DNA from: Thermofilaceae archaeon
Lineage (GTDB): Archaea; Thermoproteota; Thermoprotei; Thermofilales; Thermofilaceae
Assembly (NCBI GenBank): GCA_038727095.1
Contig: JAVYWK010000040.1
Span: 1 to 13,769 of the forward strand
Direction: 5' to 3'
Length of the DNA stretch: 13,769 nt
The translations under genes were made by a program, and so were the position numbers. Position 1 is the first letter of the stretch. Each line of letters begins with the position of its first letter. Under the pieces are notes generated by a model. The model worked only from the letters and a program-made list of their open reading frames with translations, was not told where the DNA came from and searched no databases. Positions 8,256-13,769 of this stretch are shown one piece after another.

Positions 8256-8306
8256 GTATATATACTGGTTGCGAGGGTATGCATACGGTAGTGATACCCG
8301 CGTAAC
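8256..8306 (+). promoter_or_regulatory. TATA box and operator-like inverted repeat for the CARF-wHTH gene
   Basis: GTATATATAC (8256-8265), then GTTGCGAGGGTAT-N13-ATACCCGCGTAAC (8268-8306, 11 of 13 positions complementary). Confidence 0.5.
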
Positions 8307-8319
8307 AAGGCGGTAATCC

Positions 8320-9162
8320 ATGGCCATCACGATCCACTACGCAGGCTTCCACCCCACATTGATACTCGAGGGCTTCGAGGCCATCAGGGTCAGGGAGCCG
8401 ATCGAGCGGGTCTACATCCTCTACGACGGCAAGACGGATAAGAGGGACAGGTACAGAGCCGTCTCCCAGCGGAACGCCGCGAAGCTGGCTAAGGCGCTCT
8501 CCTTCTTCAAGCCGATCAAGCTACCCGTGAACCCCTTGAGCTACACGAGCGTCTTCAGCAGGCTCTACTCGATCCTCTACTACGAGATGAAGCTGAGGGG
8601 TGGCGCCGAGAGGGGGGTTCGGGTCTACATCGATGTGACGGACATGCCCCCACTCATGGCGGCGGCCGCCGGGGCGGTCGCGATGATGTTCCCCGGTGCG
8701 GAAGTGTACAGCGTGCTGCCGGAGGTTAGGGGCGAGTTCATCCCCGACCCTCGCACCCCCGAGTTCGACGACTGGGTTGAGCAGAAGGACTCCTCCCACG
8801 CCCAGGAGGTCGTGAAGCTACCCCTACCCGGCCGCAGGGCCCCCACGATACCGGACTCGGAGAAGAAGCTGAGGATCCTCCTGACACTCCACGACCTTAA
8901 CGGCTCCGCGGAGAGCGTCGTGGACCTGATGAAGGCTTGCGGCGACGACCCGGAGCGAAACCCAGCCACTAAGGCTGCCTACAGCAGATTACTGAAGGAG
9001 ATGGAGGACGAGGGGTTGATCATGAGGGAGCAGGAGGGGCGGAGCCGCCGCGTAGCGCTAACCGAGTTCGGGAGAGCGCTAGTGAAGGCCCTCCTAAGGG
9101 GCGAAGAGATGGCGAACCGTATAGCGCCCAGAATCGAGCTCCGCCCGTTACGCCCAGCTTAA
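8320..9162 (+). CDS. CARF-domain + winged-HTH transcriptional regulator (Csa3-like / DUF6293, HFX_2341 family)
   Basis: Rossmann-like CARF pattern ITIHYAGFHP...ERVYILYD...VYIDVT...VYSVLP. Linker EVVKLPLP. C-terminal wHTH LRILLTL...AAYSRLLKEMEDEGLIMREQEGRSRRVALTEFGR. Confidence 0.8.
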   Translation: MAITIHYAGFHPTLILEGFEAIRVREPIERVYILYDGKTDKRDRYRAVSQRNAAKLAKALSFFKPIKLPVNPLSYTSVFSRLYSILYYEMKLRGGAERGVRVYIDVTDMPPLMAAAAGAVAMMFPGAEVYSVLPEVRGEFIPDPRTPEFDDWVEQKDSSHAQEVVKLPLPGRRAPTIPDSEKKLRILLTLHDLNGSAESVVDLMKACGDDPERNPATKAAYSRLLKEMEDEGLIMREQEGRSRRVALTEFGRALVKALLRGEEMANRIAPRIELRPLRPA

Positions 9163-9280
9163 GCCGCTACGCCAAGAACTCATCGAATCTTTACCGTTGC
9201 AGCGAGGCTTCCCAGGGCTTCTCCACCCGCTGTGCTGGGCCGTAAGGGGTAGGAATTTAGGGGGATGTGTAACACTCATC

Positions 9281-9345
9281 ACGGCCGCGGTGACGAGGCT
9301 TGCAAGGGCCGAAGGGTGGTGAGCTCGGCTGCGCCGAGCGGCCGT
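9281..9345 (+). ncRNA. Box C/D 2'-O-methylation guide sRNA
   Basis: 8-bp terminal stem ACGGCCGC/GCGGCCGT. C box GTGACGA (9290-9296), 12-nt guide, D' CCGA (9309-9312), C' GTGGTGA (9316-9322), 11-nt guide, D CCGA (9334-9337). Weak TATA-like AATTTAG at 9254-9260. Confidence 0.8.
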
Positions 9346-9795
9346 TTAGAGCCTGTCGATCCGCTCCAGCAGCTCAAGGACGTCGCGCTCGCTCCTCAAT
9401 CTCACCTCGCCCCTGAGCAGCCTAACCAGCTGCTCATCCTTCACGAGCTCGTGCACCCTCGCTTCAACCTCGGCTGCGGGAGAGCCGGTTCTAGCGGCTA
9501 GCCTTCGAATGAGCAGCTCCCTCAATCTGAGCTTCAGCGAGTTCTCGGTCTCGGGTAGCCCTGCGACGATGTCGCTGAGGACCCTGATCAGCGGCTTCGA
9601 GGATGCGTGCCTCACAGAGGGGGGCTGGAAGCCCGAAAGATCAATAATGATTCTCACGAGAGCTGTGAGGGGGATGGCGAGAGCGACAAGCCAGGCGATC
9701 TCAATCGAGTAGCCGGACAGCAGATGGGCTAGAGCTGCAGCTGCAGCGATGGTTATTGTGAGAACCACGATCAGCTTAGCCTCCAACTGCGCCAC
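9346..9795 (-). CDS. Small membrane protein (two N-terminal TM helices), co-transcribed with the DUF4129 gene
   Basis: Two hydrophobic segments, then a helical domain ending LLERIDRL. Overlaps the DUF4129 stop. Could alternatively start at TTG 9786. Confidence 0.7.
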   Translation of the reverse strand: MAQLEAKLIVVLTITIAAAAALAHLLSGYSIEIAWLVALAIPLTALVRIIIDLSGFQPPSVRHASSKPLIRVLSDIVAGLPETENSLKLRLRELLIRRLAARTGSPAAEVEARVHELVKDEQLVRLLRGEVRLRSERDVLELLERIDRL

Positions 9796-10711
9796 CCGCG
9801 AGCGAATCCCTGATCGCGGTGAAGCAGGTGAGCGCGACTCTCCTCATCCCCTCATCTATGTAGTGGTCGCTGTACCTCGCCTCCTCGAACAGCCTGACGA
9901 GCCTCTCGAGCGGGGCTGGCTCCAGCCTCTCGAAGTGCCTAAGTGCTGTGTGAGCCACCTCCCTGGCCGTCATCTCCTCGCTCACGGGGACGCCTCTCTC
10001 CCGAAGGAGCCTGCACAGCTTGAGGAAGTAGGAGACGACAGCCCCCCTTGGATCCCCGCCTTCCTCGACCTCTCGGATGGCCTCTTGCGTCGCTTCGAGC
10101 AGCTCCAGCTCGCCGGCGTCCATTTGCTCCTCGGTTGGCTGCGGGCTACGCGACTCGATCCAAGCGCTGACAGCTGCGTAGACGACCACGACGGCTAAGA
10201 GGGTGAGGAGCACGCCAACTACAGCTCCTAGAGGCCAGCTCGAGGAGAGCAAAGCTTCCGATGCTTCCTCAGATGGGTAGCTGCCGCCCGCTTCTCCACT
10301 CTCACCAGATTCGCCGCCCCGGTCTGGTTGCTGAGCCCCCGTTGAGTCGGGTTGCTGGAGTGGAGACTCGGGAGCTTCAGGCTGCCTCGGCGCGATTCTG
10401 CCTGCGAGGCCGATGAGTAGGATTAAGGGTGATACTATCAAGGTGAGCTGCAGCAGAACGGCGAGAGGGAGCAGCCACCAGGGGCCCCTCCTTCTACGCT
10501 TCAAGGCCTGCTTGAACAGCTCCTTAAACCCCTCTGCGAAGAGGGGGACCACGAGGGCCGCGGCTACGAGCAGCGCAAGGGGGAGGAGCCGTGAATCGAG
10601 GTGAAGCTTGGGCAGGCCGCCAGAGCCGGCTGTGCTCGTCAAGCTGCTGGCGGCTATCGATGCTGCGAGAACCGCGTACGCTGCCGTAAGGGCCAATCTC
10701 GATCGAGGCAT
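9776..10711 (-). CDS. DUF4129 domain membrane protein
   Basis: Several TM segments, an acidic/Gly-rich linker, and C-terminal GAVVSYFLKLCRLLRERGV...EMTAREV...LVRLFEEARYS typical of DUF4129. TATA-like TTTATATTAA at 10737-10746 (minus strand). Confidence 0.85.
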   Translation of the reverse strand: MPRSRLALTAAYAVLAASIAASSLTSTAGSGGLPKLHLDSRLLPLALLVAAALVVPLFAEGFKELFKQALKRRRRGPWWLLPLAVLLQLTLIVSPLILLIGLAGRIAPRQPEAPESPLQQPDSTGAQQPDRGGESGESGEAGGSYPSEEASEALLSSSWPLGAVVGVLLTLLAVVVVYAAVSAWIESRSPQPTEEQMDAGELELLEATQEAIREVEEGGDPRGAVVSYFLKLCRLLRERGVPVSEEMTAREVAHTALRHFERLEPAPLERLVRLFEEARYSDHYIDEGMRRVALTCFTAIRDSLAGGAVGG

Positions 10712-10760
10712 GCGCCCTCAACGTCCTCTGCCAGCCTTAATATAAAGTTACGCACCGCGA

Positions 10761-10769
10761 GAAAAAGAA
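10761..10769 (-). terminator. Oligo-U terminator of the TRAM gene
   Basis: TTCTTTTTC on the minus strand about 25-35 nt after the TRAM stop codon. Confidence 0.4.
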
Positions 10770-10794
10770 TTTAGTTGGGAATTCGATAAATTAC

Positions 10795-11058
10795 CTACTC
10801 CGACCCTACGACCTCAGCTGTAGCGTAGCGCGCCCAAACCCTAGTCACGCGGACTTTAACCACGTCACCAGCCTTTGTGTTGGGCACGAAAATCGTGTAG
10901 CCCTTCGCCTTCCCCATTCCATCTCCACGCCGGCTTACGCCGAAGATGCGGAGCGTAAGTTCCTCACCGACTTCAAGATTCTCGAGAGGAGCCTGACGTG
11001 GAGGCCCTCTACGCGGTCTTCGCGGACCCCTTCTTCTCTCACTCCCAAATTCCTCCAT
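10795..11058 (-). CDS. Single TRAM-domain RNA-binding protein (COG3269-like RNA chaperone)
   Basis: Arg-rich N-terminus, then EVGEELTLRI...GDGMGKAKGYTIFVPNTKAGDVVKVRVTRVWARYATAEVV. TTTAAA at 11109-11114 as TATA box. Confidence 0.92.
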   Translation of the reverse strand: MEEFGSERRRGPRRPRRGPPRQAPLENLEVGEELTLRIFGVSRRGDGMGKAKGYTIFVPNTKAGDVVKVRVTRVWARYATAEVVGSE

Positions 11059-11270
11059 TTATCCCATTCCAGCCAGTTCCCTGGCAAGGGCTCTACCTGT
11101 TGAACCCTTTTAAACCTACCGCTAACTGTGCAAAACTGGAGCTTCTGGAAATCTGAAAAGAGATGCTCGATTGCTTAGCCAACGTGTATTCGAGTTGAAC
11201 CACGCTGCGTGGGGATCGTATTGGAGCTTAGCGCGGGTTAACCCTTAAAGCCTGTGAGAGAAATTTTGGT

Positions 11271-11337
11271 GGGCGCGGGTGACGAACGCCTGCGAAGCAG
11301 TGGAAGGGTGAAGAGTACCAAACCGGCTGACGCGCCC
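11271..11337 (+). ncRNA. Box C/D 2'-O-methylation guide sRNA
   Basis: 7-bp terminal stem GGGCGCG/CGCGCCC. C box GTGACGA (11279-11285), degenerate D' TGGA (11301-11304), C' GTGAAGA (11308-11314), 12-nt guide GTACCAAACCGG, D CTGA (11327-11330). TATA-like CTTAAA at 11244-11249, about 25 bp upstream. Confidence 0.85.
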
Positions 11338-11477
11338 CCTTAGGCGTGCGCTTCCCTTGAAACCGACTCAGAGTATCGTTCTAGCTGAACGGTGCGGTGA
11401 TTTCAAGCGGAGCCTTTACCTGAGAGTCAATAAGTGGCTAAGCCCAGACGGAAGCCTTATCTGCGGGCTATTACCAG

Positions 11478-12008
11478 TTGCCCGTGGAGGAGCAAGTGGA
11501 CCTAGAACAATGCGTTAATGGGCTAATGGAGGCCTGCCTAAGGAATCAGAGCTTCTTCGAGTCCATCGTAAGAGTGCTCATGTGCACGGTCGATTTTGAG
11601 GATAGGCTCGCGAAGCGGAAGAGAGTTAAAGCTTTAGTGAAGACGGGTCTAACGGTTCCCGCACCCTTTTCCGGTAGTGCTCCCGCGAACGGCTCTCAGC
11701 AGGAGCTACCCCTCTTCGTCGCGTTCGAGACAGTTGGGGGTGGTGTAGTCTACATCGCCGACAAGGGTTTTGCAGCAGTCATGGAGGCTAGGGAGAAGGG
11801 AGTCGCTGAGATTCAGGCAGAGGTTTACATGCCGCCATACCGCCTGCCTAGCGCGCGGAAGCTCACGATCGAGCGAAGGGAGCCTGGGTGGGTCACGATA
11901 GTCGGCGGAACTCCACCCGTAATCTCAGTGCCGGTGGGCAGTGAGGAGCATTTTCAGGCCCTACTACGGCTGCTTGAACTAAGGGGTGTTAAACCGGAAA
12001 TCCGCTGA
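11478..12008 (+). CDS. Hypothetical protein, possibly with a degenerate ParB/Srx-like core
   Basis: 176-aa ORF that fills the gap with a plausible composition. LPLFVAF...VYIADKGFAAVMEAREKGVAEIQAEVY resembles the ParB/Srx pattern. Start is TTG 11478 or GTG 11484. Confidence 0.65.
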   Translation: MPVEEQVDLEQCVNGLMEACLRNQSFFESIVRVLMCTVDFEDRLAKRKRVKALVKTGLTVPAPFSGSAPANGSQQELPLFVAFETVGGGVVYIADKGFAAVMEAREKGVAEIQAEVYMPPYRLPSARKLTIERREPGWVTIVGGTPPVISVPVGSEEHFQALLRLLELRGVKPEIR

Positions 12009-12176
12009 GACAGTTCAGCCCCAATAAAGCGCGAAAATGCCCGGTGGGGCAGCATTTGACCTACGCTCAGCCTCAGTCCTGTTTACTGGAACCAGTAGCG
12101 GGATCGCGCGCCAGCACATTCTAGCACCAGTTTTTCCGGGAGAACGCTTATTACGCGTTGCTTCGACATACACAGC

Positions 12177-13277
12177 GTGGGAAACAGCTTGGAGGAGCTC
12201 CTGGTATCCGTTTTTGAGGGAACAGCATCGCGGGTGCCTTTCAACATCCGTCACGAGTACTGGTACTACTTCAACAAGCGCGCTGGAACACTGCCGCGAG
12301 AGTACGAGGGGTTGGATCTGCCCGACATTTGTGAGCGGTGGGGTGCTACCTGGCGCTGCTATAGCGGTTACTACGTTGAGAGCTGCGTAAAGGTGGAGTA
12401 TGAAGGTGTTGAGTTCAGGGTGGAGAAGATCGGCGAGAGGAGAGAGCTTCACCTTACCATCACCCCTCACGGTACGTTGAGAAGGGTTGTCGCTTACGAC
12501 CTCTACGGGCTTTCCGCGCAAACCCTCGAGTATCCCATTAAGGGGGTAGGCGACTTTAAGCCGCTGGAATTCGTGCTCGAGAGCGTTAAAGTCGAGTTCG
12601 ATCACGCTGCTTACGAGCGACTCAAAGCATGGGTGGGAACGCGGGGCTTTGTAACCTTCTTCTTCCCGCACAGCCCCCTTCAAGCCCTCTCCCTCGACTG
12701 GGCGGGGATTCCCACTACGGTGAGGCTGCTTAGGCTCGAGAAGCGTAGGACAGAGGAGCTTATGAGCGTCATCAACGAGCACAACTGGGAGTTCTACAGG
12801 GAGCTGGCGAAGTCTCCAATGAGGGTGCTCAACCTGGGGGAAAACATCGACGCCAGAATCACCTCTCCGGAACTCTTCAAGAGGTACTGCGTGCCGGTGT
12901 ACAGGGAAGCTGCAGACTACCTACACAGCTTCGGCAAGTACGTGCATATACATGTGGACGGTTATGCGAGAAAGCTGCTACCTCTACTGAGAGAGACGGG
13001 GCTTGACGGCGTGGAAGCGCTAACGCCGAAACCGGCCGGCGACTTCACCTTAGAGGAAGCTAAGCGCGAGCTGGGCGATATGGTCGTCCTGGACGGCGTA
13101 CCGTACCTCCTCTTCCTACCGCACATCGAGAGGGATCTTCTGAGGAGGTTCGTCGAGAGATTGATCGAGCTCTTCAAAGGTAGGCTCATCCTGGGCATCT
13201 CGGACGAGCTCCCGCCACCCGCGGACTTAGAAAGGATCAGACTCATCTCTGAGATCCTCAGGGAAGCGGGAGGCTAG
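12177..13277 (+). CDS. Uroporphyrinogen decarboxylase (URO-D/MtaA-CmuA) superfamily protein
   Basis: ITSPELFKRYCVPVYRE, VHIHVDG, LDGVEALTPKPAGD, LEEAKRELGD, LILGISDELPP are typical of the C-terminal TIM-barrel half of URO-D-like proteins. Confidence 0.82.
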   Translation: MGNSLEELLVSVFEGTASRVPFNIRHEYWYYFNKRAGTLPREYEGLDLPDICERWGATWRCYSGYYVESCVKVEYEGVEFRVEKIGERRELHLTITPHGTLRRVVAYDLYGLSAQTLEYPIKGVGDFKPLEFVLESVKVEFDHAAYERLKAWVGTRGFVTFFFPHSPLQALSLDWAGIPTTVRLLRLEKRRTEELMSVINEHNWEFYRELAKSPMRVLNLGENIDARITSPELFKRYCVPVYREAADYLHSFGKYVHIHVDGYARKLLPLLRETGLDGVEALTPKPAGDFTLEEAKRELGDMVVLDGVPYLLFLPHIERDLLRRFVERLIELFKGRLILGISDELPPPADLERIRLISEILREAGG

Positions 13278-13472
13278 GTTGAACCCGCTGGATTGGCTCT
13301 ATCGCCCTCCACCTCTGCGGGTTTCACGATCAGCGCGCGCTAACGAGTTTGAACTGGGGTATCACGCTGGAACACACCGCGAAACTACAGCAGTCATTAG
13401 GGGCTTATTACCCCGCTATTAACCACTGGGTGGAGGAGTACCCTCTTGAACCCCTACCGCCAAGGTGAGAGC

Positions 13473-13691
13473 ATGGCCAAGAGGGCGAAAAACCTCGAAG
13501 TTCGTTTTGAGCCTCGTACTCAGATTGTGAGTTTCCATGTGCCGAAGGCTTTGTTGGAGGCTTTGGATCGATTGGTGGAGATTGGTGTTTTCAACAACCG
13601 GAGTGAAGCCATACGGACAGCCCTCTTCAACCTCCTCCGAGAACACAGAGACGTAATCGAGAAAAGGCAGCTAACAGTAGGATACAGGTAA
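13473..13691 (+). CDS. Ribbon-helix-helix (CopG/Arc/MetJ) transcriptional regulator
   Basis: IVSFHVPKALLEALDRLVEIGVFNNRSEAIRTAL. ATG at 13473 follows the SD AGGTGA, so it is preferred over TTG 13446. Confidence 0.88.
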   Translation: MAKRAKNLEVRFEPRTQIVSFHVPKALLEALDRLVEIGVFNNRSEAIRTALFNLLREHRDVIEKRQLTVGYR

Positions 13692-13769
13692 AGCGTTTTA
13701 AGCATCGATCGCGCTTTCTTTACGTGCTTGTACTCAAAGTCTGTAGAGGGGAGGAGGCTCGGAGGATTG

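Noticed and set aside
9192-9199. TACCGTTG, reverse complement of CAACGGTA at 8157-8164, as inverted ends flanking the CARF gene
   Set aside because: An 8-bp match over about 1 kb can arise by chance; no target-site duplication or transposase is visible.
9265-9501. 78-aa + strand ORF
   Set aside because: Overlaps the C/D sRNA and is antisense to the membrane-protein gene.
12015-12782. 255-aa minus-strand ORF and 117-aa + strand ORF at 12037
   Set aside because: Both overlap the URO-D-like gene, which has the recognisable motifs.
1-13769. tRNA, rRNA, IS elements, integrase, CRISPR array
   Set aside because: None recognised on either strand by manual reading; a covariance-model scan would be needed to exclude weak cases.

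Overview
Archaeal chromosomal window. GC-rich codon usage, TATA boxes about 25 bp before leaderless starts, GGTGA Shine-Dalgarno motifs and C/D box sRNAs suggest a thermophilic Thermoproteota member, probably Thermofilaceae-like (inference). In order it holds: a 5'-truncated polytopic membrane protein, a PRC-barrel/Zn-ribbon protein, an M20 metallohydrolase, a COG1373 (AAA_14+DUF4143) ATPase behind a tandem palindromic operator, an aldo/keto reductase, a nurA-herA pair, a CARF-wHTH regulator, a DUF4129 membrane pair, a TRAM protein, a hypothetical protein, a URO-D-family protein and an RHH regulator. Two box C/D sRNAs absent from the ORF track lie at 9281-9345 and 11271-11337. The best candidate for a new system is the stand-alone nurA-herA operon (no mre11/rad50, no cas genes, no array in the window) transcribed divergently from the CARF-wHTH regulator. 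Their shared intergenic region has a long hairpin with pseudoknot potential and an operator-like inverted repeat, and herA appears to start at a CTG overlapping the nurA stop. All family assignments come from motif recognition by eye, not database searches.
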